Shown here: positions 26,294 to 32,924 of the stretch, piece after piece
Layout of the letters: every line of letters starts with the position of its first letter
How positions within the stretch are numbered: position 1 is the stretch's first letter
From: a virus
Direction: 5' to 3' (one strand)
Virus record (IMG/VR): IMGVR_UViG_3300035492_000062
Coordinates: 1-32,924 of that record
DNA length: 32,924 nucleotides
Position numbers and translations under genes: made by a program
The notes under the pieces: model-generated
What the model was told of the DNA's origin: nothing
Databases searched by the model: none
Seen by the model: the letters and a program-made list of their open reading frames with translations, nothing else

Positions 26294-26340
26294 TAGTTGA
26301 CTTTTCGGTGTCAGTAGATGTATACTGACACTCATAAAGT
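26294..26340 (+). promoter_or_regulatory. Repeated promoter/stem-loop element, copy 5 (variant stem)
   Basis: Same flanks (TAGTTGACTTTTC...CATAAAGT) but stem GGTGTCAGTA/TACTGACACT; TTGACT-18-TATACT. Confidence 0.85.
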
Positions 26341-26371
26341 GAATTAACCAACAAACCGGAGTATCCGAGAT

Positions 26372-26461
26372 ATGAAGAAACACAACTTAAGTAAAGACCA
26401 GAAGAAAGCAAGCCGTGAACTGCGCAATCTGCGCCGTAACAAAAAGAATCTGTGGAGCTAA
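26372..26461 (+). CDS. small basic peptide (29 aa)
   Basis: MKKHNLSKDQKKASRELRNLRRNKKNLWS; GGAG upstream; first ORF after copy 5. Confidence 0.55.
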   Translation: MKKHNLSKDQKKASRELRNLRRNKKNLWS

Positions 26462-26465
26462 GTTT

Positions 26466-26657
26466 ATGTATGAAGAAATTGAAGAAGTAGTGGCAACTAT
26501 CTGTGAAAGCTGGATTAACGGACAGAGAAAGCAAGCAGCAAACCAGATGTTAGGTGCTGATGATTATAATGAGATAGTTCGCGGTGTAGCTCAGAGCGAC
26601 TTGCTATCGGAACAAGAGAAAATTGATTTCTTTGCTTATGTTCTGATGCACTCATAA
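26466..26657 (+). CDS. hypothetical early protein (63 aa)
   Basis: GGAG RBS before ATG 26466; ESWINGQRKQA motif. Confidence 0.7.
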   Translation: MYEEIEEVVATICESWINGQRKQAANQMLGADDYNEIVRGVAQSDLLSEQEKIDFFAYVLMHS

Positions 26658-26659
26658 AT

Positions 26660-26705
26660 TAGTTGACTTTTCAGTACCATTCCAGTAGAATGGTACTTAT
26701 AAAGT
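26660..26705 (+). promoter_or_regulatory. Repeated promoter/stem-loop element, copy 6
   Basis: Identical to copies 2 and 4 over 46 bp. Confidence 0.9.
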
Positions 26706-26738
26706 GGATTGGCCAACAAACAGAAACAAGGGGATGAA

Positions 26739-26843
26739 ATGAAAAAGCCAAAGAAAGATGATTTACATTTTGCATTGATTCTGGTGATAGTTTTCATTGC
26801 AGTACCAACAGTTGATTACGTTTTAAGTTTATTTGGATTATAG
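26739..26843 (+). CDS. small membrane peptide (34 aa)
   Basis: AGGGG RBS; basic N-terminus followed by a hydrophobic stretch FALILVIVFIAVP. Confidence 0.6.
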   Translation: MKKPKKDDLHFALILVIVFIAVPTVDYVLSLFGL

Positions 26844-26853
26844 GAGAAAAATA

Positions 26854-27006
26854 ATGGAAAAATATCGTTTTGACCAATATGGCTCTGTTTATAAATTGAA
26901 CGGAGATCATTATATTTTCATTGGTAAGTTGAATGGAAGAACAGAAGCTGAATTTATTAGCGAATATGAACAGCGAGATTTATTTGATGGTGGTGAGGAC
27001 GAATAA
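26854..27006 (+). CDS. hypothetical protein (50 aa)
   Basis: AGGAG RBS; MEKYRFDQYGSVY... Confidence 0.65.
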   Translation: MEKYRFDQYGSVYKLNGDHYIFIGKLNGRTEAEFISEYEQRDLFDGGEDE

Positions 27007-27225
27007 ATGCATATTCTAACAATCCGATCTAAAAAGCTGAAACAAGATTTTGAGTTCGTACAAAAAGGACTCTATCTTTACTGTAATGACTATCAGATCT
27101 GTCATGGCGGCGGATACCAAGGTTCGACTATGTGGTGTGCAAAAGGTGACACTCAGATGGCAGAAAAGATGTGTAGAAGCTGGTATAAACAGATGATGAT
27201 CCGTCAAATTACAATTGGTTTATAG
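27007..27225 (+). CDS. hypothetical protein (72 aa)
   Basis: GAGG RBS; QICHGGGYQGSTM motif. Confidence 0.7.
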   Translation: MHILTIRSKKLKQDFEFVQKGLYLYCNDYQICHGGGYQGSTMWCAKGDTQMAEKMCRSWYKQMMIRQITIGL

Positions 27226-27234
27226 GAGAAATTT

Positions 27235-27411
27235 ATGAAATCTTACAAATTGCCAGAATTCAAAACTCGTGAACAGGCTCGGAAATTCCTGAAACGTGCA
27301 AAAGCGTTTGATGTTGGCTCTACTTTGATTGTAGGTGATAAGCAGTCTGATGGCGTCTGGCCGATTAAGTTTAAAGGTGGTACACTTTCATTACCACAAC
27401 AAGCACAATAA
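27235..27411 (+). CDS. hypothetical protein (58 aa)
   Basis: AGGAG RBS; FKTREQARKF motif. Confidence 0.65.
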   Translation: MKSYKLPEFKTREQARKFLKRAKAFDVGSTLIVGDKQSDGVWPIKFKGGTLSLPQQAQ

Positions 27412-27423
27412 GGAGAATATCAA

Positions 27424-27666
27424 TTGAGTCGATTTTTTAAAACAAATGGTGACACAATTTCAAACATGATCCGCAATCTTGCACCAAATGAAAGTATCGT
27501 TGTGGAGCTTGCAACAAATGAAGGGTTTGATAAACCAATGCGAACAATCACCTCACTCATTGTGCCAATGGGTATTAAGGTTGAGCAGAGTGCAATCAAA
27601 GCAGTAGAACATAAGCCAACCAGTGATGTTGTGGTGCGTTTAATCCGCATAACCAGAGTGGAGTAA
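27424..27666 (+). CDS. hypothetical protein (80 aa)
   Basis: AAGGAG RBS, TTG start. Confidence 0.65.
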   Translation: MSRFFKTNGDTISNMIRNLAPNESIVVELATNEGFDKPMRTITSLIVPMGIKVEQSAIKAVEHKPTSDVVVRLIRITRVE

Positions 27667-27669
27667 TGT

Positions 27670-27900
27670 ATGGAAATTTTTAATATTATGCTGATGGTAT
27701 CTGTGGCGGTTTACAGTATACTTGGTTTAAAAAACTGGATCACTCGATTGATAGTACTATTCACATCAAAAGCAAAATACATACAGAGTCCTGCTGGTAA
27801 GGTAATGGACATGGCTTGGCTACTATCAATTATCTATCTGTACTTTGTTTTAAAATATGGTACAGAAAATGTGGTTGCATTCTTAGTGGGGTTGGTGTAA
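27670..27900 (+). CDS. small membrane protein
   Basis: GGAG RBS; two to three hydrophobic segments. Confidence 0.7.
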   Translation: MEIFNIMLMVSVAVYSILGLKNWITRLIVLFTSKAKYIQSPAGKVMDMAWLLSIIYLYFVLKYGTENVVAFLVGLV

Positions 27901-27901
27901 T

Positions 27902-28066
27902 ATGGTGACAGTAACGATTACACATAAACAAGGCATCCTCTTACGAACGCCACGAGTCATTCAGCATCGAAGTCCAGCATTAGCCAGACAAGAAGCAGAG
28001 AATAACAACTGGGATGGCAAAATGTCGTTCAGCGGGAGGGCGCTACCACTACGGATTAAGCGATGA
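27902..28066 (+). CDS. hypothetical protein (54 aa)
   Basis: Fills the gap between genes; GGTG upstream; ATGA overlap with the next ORF. Confidence 0.5.
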   Translation: MVTVTITHKQGILLRTPRVIQHRSPALARQEAENNNWDGKMSFSGRALPLRIKR

Positions 28067-28242
28067 AGTCTTGGCAACCAAACCATGTAGTTTTATCTGA
28101 TGAACCCGTTTTACTCGATACTGATGTAGCGGAAGTCGATCCAGAAATGTTTAAAGCCTGTAACACTGCAAATTTCTGGATTGAAAAAATAGTTGAAAAT
28201 AAAGATTGTAGAGACGACCCAGACGTGCTAGAATTCTTCTAG
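28063..28242 (+). CDS. hypothetical protein (59 aa)
   Basis: Open frame MKSWQPNHVV...LEFF, coupled to the upstream ORF. Confidence 0.55.
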   Translation: MKSWQPNHVVLSDEPVLLDTDVAEVDPEMFKACNTANFWIEKIVENKDCRDDPDVLEFF

Positions 28243-28258
28243 TGAATTGGAGGAATCT

Positions 28259-28411
28259 ATGCTGACAATCTTAGGATTTATTTTAATGAGAGTGACTGGT
28301 GATGGTGAATTGGTTACTGGAATGCTACTCTTTTTGGGATTTATTGATTTTTGTTTAATCGGTGTGTTGGAAGAATATTTAACAGCAAAGGTGGAGAAAA
28401 AGAATGAGTAA
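28259..28411 (+). CDS. small membrane protein (50 aa)
   Basis: GGAGG RBS; hydrophobic sequence. Confidence 0.6.
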   Translation: MLTILGFILMRVTGDGELVTGMLLFLGFIDFCLIGVLEEYLTAKVEKKNE

Positions 28412-28559
28412 TGGTAGTAATAAACAACCAGCCAATAAAGATTGGTCGAATGATCGTAAAGGTGCGTTTGAATTTGTGTTTAACTCCCATTTTTGGGGCA
28501 ATCGCTCAAATGCTGGTAAGAATTACAGTCGCAGCAGCAAGAAAACTGTCTCTGAATAA
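28404..28559 (+). CDS. hypothetical protein (51 aa)
   Basis: GGAG RBS; overlaps the upstream stop. Confidence 0.5.
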   Translation: MSNGSNKQPANKDWSNDRKGAFEFVFNSHFWGNRSNAGKNYSRSSKKTVSE

Positions 28560-28577
28560 GAGAATAAGGAGAACGAA

Positions 28578-29003
28578 ATGAGTTTACAACAATTAGCACG
28601 TAATGACTGTCGTAACCATGTAGAAGTTGTCTACGCTTCTGGCGAGACATACAAGATGCGGAATGTGGCATCTGTTTTATACAGTCAACAGGATGGTAAA
28701 GTTTCAATTCAGAAGATTACGACTTCTGGTGGCGTTGAAGCGAAAGGTGTGGTAAAATCTCAAATTGAGATGGAAACTGTTGAACTGGATGTTGGTGTAC
28801 TTGCTGGTCTTGTAGTAAGTCACTGTTCAAATGAGGCTATGAACCGATACACCATGAATACGTTTTTGACATTTGTTGACCGTGGTGAGTTGTTTGGTGG
28901 TGTTATGCCAAAAGAAAACTTCATTGAAGTTGGTGAGTTGGTTGAGCAGTTGGAATCTGGTGAGTACCTGAATACAGGTGCAGTAATGCACGTAAGTGTT
29001 TAA
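28578..29003 (+). CDS. hypothetical protein (141 aa)
   Basis: TAAGGAG RBS. Confidence 0.8.
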   Translation: MSLQQLARNDCRNHVEVVYASGETYKMRNVASVLYSQQDGKVSIQKITTSGGVEAKGVVKSQIEMETVELDVGVLAGLVVSHCSNEAMNRYTMNTFLTFVDRGELFGGVMPKENFIEVGELVEQLESGEYLNTGAVMHVSV

Positions 29004-29215
29004 TGGGCAGAGATACCATTGAGCAGCCATCTGAACAAGAGATACAGAATTGTTTAAATGGTATAAAGATTCAGGCTGAGTTTTATCTAGGTAAGACTCA
29101 GTTCACTGAACAAGAAGAAAAATTCATGATTCATATGGCAAAGGTTTTTGCTAACAAGAATAAGTGGATTGATTTTTATCAAAATATTTTACATAGTCAT
29201 ATTGAAAGTGAGTAA
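29003..29215 (+). CDS. hypothetical protein (70 aa)
   Basis: TAATG coupling to the upstream gene. Confidence 0.65.
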   Translation: MGRDTIEQPSEQEIQNCLNGIKIQAEFYLGKTQFTEQEEKFMIHMAKVFANKNKWIDFYQNILHSHIESE

Positions 29216-29300
29216 ATAAAGCTATATAATGAAAGACATAAGCACAATATCCGTTTGACGGTGTACTAAGAAGTAACTTAGCTCTATGTGTTTATAATGT

Positions 29301-29375
29301 TGCGGGTGGGAGGTAAGGTATCTCGCTGGTCTCATAAGCCAGAAGAACGTGATTCGATTTCACGACCCGCATCCA
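29301..29375 (+). tRNA. tRNA-Met (CAT), initiator-like
   Basis: Acceptor TGCGGGT/ACCCGCA, anticodon arm CTGGT-CTCATAA-GCCAG, T arm CGTGA-TTCGATT-TCACG, encoded CCA. Confidence 0.85.
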
Positions 29376-29380
29376 AATTT

Positions 29381-29444
29381 GCCTGTATAGTGTCAGTGGT
29401 AACACGCCGTCCTTCCAAGTCGGAATGATCGATTACAGGCTCCA
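29381..29444 (+). tRNA. tRNA-Gly (TCC)-like RNA lacking the T arm (64 nt)
   Basis: Acceptor GCCTGTA/TACAGGC, U discriminator plus CCA, intact D arm, loop CTTCCAA; only 10 nt between anticodon arm and acceptor stem. Confidence 0.7.
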
Positions 29445-29526
29445 ATCTAAAGATGAAGGGCACATGGGATAATGTTTGATACAGAACCACCAATTTTAGA
29501 CATGAAATGACGAAACTTAGTCTGAC

Positions 29527-29591
29527 GTAAGCTGAACTCATAGACCCTTTCTTTGACTGGGTAGACCGGAGATAGGCACCGGCCAGCTTAC
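29527..29591 (+). ncRNA. Small tRNA-like structured element
   Basis: Closing stem GTAAGCTG/CAGCTTAC enclosing hairpins ACCC..CTTTGAC..GGGT and CCGG..CCGG. Confidence 0.35.
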
Positions 29592-29602
29592 AAGTTTAAA
29601 AG

Positions 29603-29700
29603 ATGTCAGAGCGAAGGTGTATCGCACCCGTCTTCTAAACGGGCGTTAATCGCGTAAGTGGAGTATGTGGGTTCGAGTCCCTCCACCTTCGCTCTGATAT
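29603..29700 (+). ncRNA. Atypical tRNA-Arg (TCT)-like RNA
   Basis: Anticodon arm CCCGT-CTTCTAA-ACGGG and T arm with GGTTCGAGTCC; no normal D arm, long variable region, 17-bp closing stem, no CCA. Confidence 0.6.
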
Positions 29701-29713
29701 TTTAATGAGTTCT

Positions 29714-29788
29714 GTCCCTTTAGCTCAGTGGTAGAGCGTACCCCTCATAAGGGTAGGGTCGGTGGATCGTAACCACCAAGGGACACCA
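29714..29788 (+). tRNA. tRNA-Met/Ile2 (CAT)
   Basis: Acceptor GTCCCTT/AAGGGAC, D arm GCTC/GAGC, TACCC-CTCATAA-GGGTA, T stem GGTGG/CCACC (loop ATCGTAA), ACCA end. Confidence 0.88.
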
Positions 29789-29794
29789 ATCAAT

Positions 29795-29833
29795 AAAAGC
29801 CAAGAATATACAAATTCTTGGCTTTTTCTTTTT
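29795..29833 (+). terminator. Rho-independent terminator of the tRNA cluster
   Basis: AAAAGCCAAGAAT-atacaa-ATTCTTGGCTTTT followed by a T-rich tail. Confidence 0.8.
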
Positions 29834-29874
29834 CTAAATCTATGTCATAATACAATCTCAAACAGGAGAATTTT

Positions 29875-30216
29875 ATGAAATACTTTCTAGCAATTATCAT
29901 TTCTGTACTAACCGTAATTTTATTACTTAGCTGTCAACCACCACAATCAGACTTCCAGCCAGAGTGGGATAGAAATCACTCTACGCTAATAATCACCATC
30001 AATCTATACCAGACTGAGGATGAGATGATTAAAGCACTGGAGGCTCGTCTACAGCGTTCTGTATCGCCCAATCAGCTGGGGATGGCAATCATGTCTCCAG
30101 ATGATAATGTATGTGAGATCTATTCAACCAAACCACGCAGGGTAGATGATAAGCGCACAATGACTCTAGGCCATGAATTTTTGCACTGTGTCTACGGAAG
30201 ATACCATAAGGAGTAA
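29875..30216 (+). CDS. Putative lipoprotein with zincin HExxH motif
   Basis: Signal peptide with lipobox LLSC; TLGHEFLHC; AGGAG RBS. Confidence 0.7.
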   Translation: MKYFLAIIISVLTVILLLSCQPPQSDFQPEWDRNHSTLIITINLYQTEDEMIKALEARLQRSVSPNQLGMAIMSPDDNVCEIYSTKPRRVDDKRTMTLGHEFLHCVYGRYHKE

Positions 30217-30220
30217 CAAA

Positions 30221-30592
30221 ATGTTTACCCCAGACTACATCAAAAAATGTATGAAGATGGTGTTTGAAAATCTGAATAGGAATTTATCAGGTACTGGTTT
30301 TTCAGTAGAAATTACTCAGCATTGTTTAGATAGACTGCATGAGAGACTAGAATCAGACCAAGATCTCTCAAACACGATTGTTCTAATCAAGAAATCTATC
30401 AATGAATACCTGTGCCAGATCTTATTCAGCTTTCACATTCCCTATCAAAATGTTTGGGTGTTTCATAAAGATCTAAAAATTGTATGGACTTTTAATGAGA
30501 AAACGAATAAGATAACACTAAGAACTTTCGTTAAAAACTTTTCTTCTGGAGACGAGTGTGCGCTCTCCAGATACACGATATTCATGGAGTAA
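30221..30592 (+). CDS. hypothetical protein
   Basis: AAGGAG RBS before ATG 30221; TQHCLDRLHER...TLRTFV pattern. Confidence 0.7.
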   Translation: MFTPDYIKKCMKMVFENLNRNLSGTGFSVEITQHCLDRLHERLESDQDLSNTIVLIKKSINEYLCQILFSFHIPYQNVWVFHKDLKIVWTFNEKTNKITLRTFVKNFSSGDECALSRYTIFME

Positions 30593-30595
30593 GCA

Positions 30596-31558
30596 ATGAG
30601 TAAACTGATTTGTAAAATTTTGCATGGTTCGCATTTATATGGCACCAATACCGAAAACTCAGACACGGATTATAAATCAATTTTCTTGCCGGATTTTGAT
30701 GATGTATTGTTGTGCAATGTCAAACACGCAAAGAATGAGTCTACTGGAACCAGTTTTTCTAAAAACGGAAAAAATGATGTGGATAATGGTGAGTTTTCTA
30801 TTCATAAGTTTGTTCAATTGTTGACTGTTGGCGACATCATGGCGTTTGATATGCTGTACGCATCAGACACCTTTATTGTTGAACGTGGTGAATATTTTTG
30901 GATGTTTGAAGAGCTGAGAAAGAATCATCAATTATTCATTTCCAAAAATATCTCAGGCTACATTGGGTATGTACGTAAGCAGACTGCGAAATACTCAGCT
31001 AAAGGTAGTCGTCTTGCAGTTGTGCGAGAGGTGATTAAGATCTTAGAAACCATTGAAGACGAAAATGGTTATTTCTCTACATTGCGGATTGAAGATGTAA
31101 AGAATAAATTACCAACAACCGAGTACTCTTTTTATGATGAGAAGGGATACAATATCATTGGCAAGTGCTTCCAGCACCGAGACTACCCAGAGAATATGTT
31201 AGTCGTGTTGAGAAAATATTTTGATGAATATGGTGAGAGAGCAAAACAGGCCGAGAGAAACGAAGGTATTGATTTTAAAGCTATCTCTCATGCAGTTAGA
31301 GCCTGTTACCAACTAATCGATCTATACAAACATGGACAAATGTTTCTTCCGCTGCCAGAACATAGCAGACAGATTGTTCTGGACATAAAACAAAGTAAGA
31401 TGAATTACAAAGCAGAAGTAGAACCGCTGATCGAAAATTTACACTTAACAGTGGAGAGCTTGGCTAAAAATTCATCATATCCAGAGCAAGTAGATGTACA
31501 GAAAATCTCTACTTTACTTTCAGATTTATTAAAAAGGGCTTATCGAAATGACTTTTAA
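30596..31558 (+). CDS. Pol-beta-superfamily nucleotidyltransferase (T4 NrdC.11-like)
   Basis: HGSHLYGTNTENSDTDYKSIFLP (GS...DxD motif); DFKAISHAVR. Confidence 0.85.
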   Translation: MSKLICKILHGSHLYGTNTENSDTDYKSIFLPDFDDVLLCNVKHAKNESTGTSFSKNGKNDVDNGEFSIHKFVQLLTVGDIMAFDMLYASDTFIVERGEYFWMFEELRKNHQLFISKNISGYIGYVRKQTAKYSAKGSRLAVVREVIKILETIEDENGYFSTLRIEDVKNKLPTTEYSFYDEKGYNIIGKCFQHRDYPENMLVVLRKYFDEYGERAKQAERNEGIDFKAISHAVRACYQLIDLYKHGQMFLPLPEHSRQIVLDIKQSKMNYKAEVEPLIENLHLTVESLAKNSSYPEQVDVQKISTLLSDLLKRAYRNDF

Positions 31559-32138
31559 AACAAGACCAATCGCACTGATTGACTGTGATGAAGTTCTAGT
31601 TGAGGCCGCTATCGACTGGGTAGCCCATTTAAACAAATTGGCTGGTACAAATTATTCGTTGGAAGACTTGAACTACGACTACAACCTTGGTAAATTCTTC
31701 AAAGACAACCATGGTATTAAAGATCCGATGGAATTCTGGTACTGTGATAATCTGTATGAATCGCGGGTTCCTAAACCATTTGCAGTAGATGGTCTAAAGT
31801 TCTTGCGAGATGCTGGTTTTGACATTTACGTTGTTACGTACTGTGTTGGCAATCACTACCGATCTAAACAGGAATTTATTGAACGTTGGTTTGGAGACTA
31901 TGTTATTGACATGATTGCAACTGGTTCTAAGCATATGGTGCATGGTGATTTGATTGTTGATGATAGAGACGATCATTTGGCAAAATTTGATGATTTTGTT
32001 TTTACAGTGAGAATGGACACACCTTATAAACAAAAGGTTGTCTACGAGCCGAAACACATCTTGAACAGTTGGAAAGATGTTGATAAGATGGTAGAAGAAT
32101 TTGATAAACATCGTGAGGAACTGATTTATGGAAAATAA
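31548..32138 (+). CDS. HAD-family 5'(3')-deoxyribonucleotidase
   Basis: IDCDEVL (DxD), YVVT, K...GDLIVDD, PY motifs. Confidence 0.85.
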   Translation: MTFKTRPIALIDCDEVLVEAAIDWVAHLNKLAGTNYSLEDLNYDYNLGKFFKDNHGIKDPMEFWYCDNLYESRVPKPFAVDGLKFLRDAGFDIYVVTYCVGNHYRSKQEFIERWFGDYVIDMIATGSKHMVHGDLIVDDRDDHLAKFDDFVFTVRMDTPYKQKVVYEPKHILNSWKDVDKMVEEFDKHREELIYGK

Positions 32139-32532
32139 AGCTCAAATTATCTACAACGCTATTCGTTGTCCAGATGGCACTGTAATCGAATCTAAGCATC
32201 GTTGGGACTATGTTGAACATCTACAAGAAGATGGTCGTAGATACGCCGTAGACGGTGGTGATGCGTATTTAAGACGTGCCGTGTCTGATGATAAGTATGA
32301 AGAAATTTCTTTAACAACATCAGCACCACATGAGGAGATCCGTGAGGTATTTTCTTGGACATCAATCAAGGGTAAAGATGGCGAAGAACTGCCAGAGCCA
32401 GTAACCAGAAAACTGAAAGATTTGGATGATGGTCATGTTCTCGCGTTAGTGGAATTTACAGAGTCTGGCTATCCGAAATACATCCAACAGATCTTTATCA
32501 ACGAGAGTAAATTCAGAGGTTTAACTTCATGA
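32128..32532 (+). CDS. conserved phage hypothetical protein
   Basis: NAIRCPDGTVIESKHRWDY...AVDGGDAYLRR pattern. Confidence 0.75.
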   Translation: MENKAQIIYNAIRCPDGTVIESKHRWDYVEHLQEDGRRYAVDGGDAYLRRAVSDDKYEEISLTTSAPHEEIREVFSWTSIKGKDGEELPEPVTRKLKDLDDGHVLALVEFTESGYPKYIQQIFINESKFRGLTS

Positions 32533-32924
32533 GTAAAGTTATTATTGGAGATGCGGTAAAAGCAGTTATTGATGGAGACATTGATTTTCTCCTACATGTG
32601 ACGAACAATGTCGGAATTATGGGCAGTGGTATAGCTGCCCAGATTAAACGAGAGGTGCCAGATGCGTTTAAAGAATACTCTATGTTTCATGAACTTGGTG
32701 ATGTAACTTATGGCGAAACAGAGAATGGTAAAGGTGTGGTGATCAATCTGACCAGCCAAACACTTTCCAATCCAGTGAATGGAAGATTCTTGAACTATGG
32801 TGCATTTGCAAAGTGCCTGATGGATGCTGTGGAGTTAATCCATAATTTCTGTGAGACTGACCAAGTAGAACTAGAAACAGTCAAAGTCGGATTGCCTGTT
32901 AGACTTGGTGCTTGTAGGGCGGGT
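32529..32924 (+). CDS. Macro-domain (ADP-ribose processing) protein, 3'-truncated
   Basis: MSKVIIGDAV...LLHVTNNVGIMGSGIAAQIKREVP is a macrodomain signature; ends in GLPVRLGACRAG; the frame is open to the window end. Confidence 0.8.
   Translation, partial: MSKVIIGDAVKAVIDGDIDFLLHVTNNVGIMGSGIAAQIKREVPDAFKEYSMFHELGDVTYGETENGKGVVINLTSQTLSNPVNGRFLNYGAFAKCLMDAVELIHNFCETDQVELETVKVGLPVRLGACRAG

Noticed and set aside
23489-26705. CRISPR array interpretation of the 46-bp palindromic repeats
   Set aside because: The intervening sequences are hundreds of bp long, variable in length and protein-coding; the repeats are promoters; no cas genes are in the window.
23489-26705. Integron attC cassette array
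   Set aside because: No RYYYAAC...GTTRRRY boundaries in the correct order and no integrase; each unit carries its own promoter.
29332-29541. Minus-strand 69-aa ORF
   Set aside because: It overlaps tRNA genes on the + strand.

Overview
This window is part of a large T4-superfamily-like lytic dsDNA phage genome. A gammaproteobacterial host is inferred from sigma70 promoters, an H-NS-type domain and rrn-type boxA motifs. Nearly all genes lie on the + strand. 1-21.8 kb holds recombination and replication genes (gp46 C-terminus, RuvC-like resolvase, prim-pol fusion, RNase H-like nuclease, a family-B DNA polymerase split into two genes, DNA ligase). These are interleaved with the head module (gp2, intein-containing portal, four glycine-zipper proteins, gp21 protease, gp22 scaffold, gp23 capsid, Hef-like homing endonuclease, displaced gp67/gp68-like genes) under TAAATA-type late promoters. 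21.77-21.92 kb is a TGTCCC/GGGACA repeat block, a candidate origin or terminus. 22.0-23.3 kb has three tandem sigma70 promoter-hairpin-boxA units that resemble host rRNA-operon leaders; in two of them a long-range stem starts right after boxA and encloses either a ~190-nt structured RNA or a whole ORF. 23.3-27 kb is an array of small ORFs separated by six copies of a 46-47 bp promoter/hairpin element, one of which has a fully compensated alternative stem. 29.3-29.8 kb is a tRNA cluster with two intact CAT tRNAs and several aberrant tRNA-like RNAs, followed by nucleotide-metabolism genes. The strongest candidates for new biology are the rrn-mimicking antitermination/processing leaders, a degenerate Acb1/gp57B-like domain fused to the prim-pol, and the non-canonical tRNA-like RNAs. 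All protein family calls come from motif recognition by eye; no database search was run.
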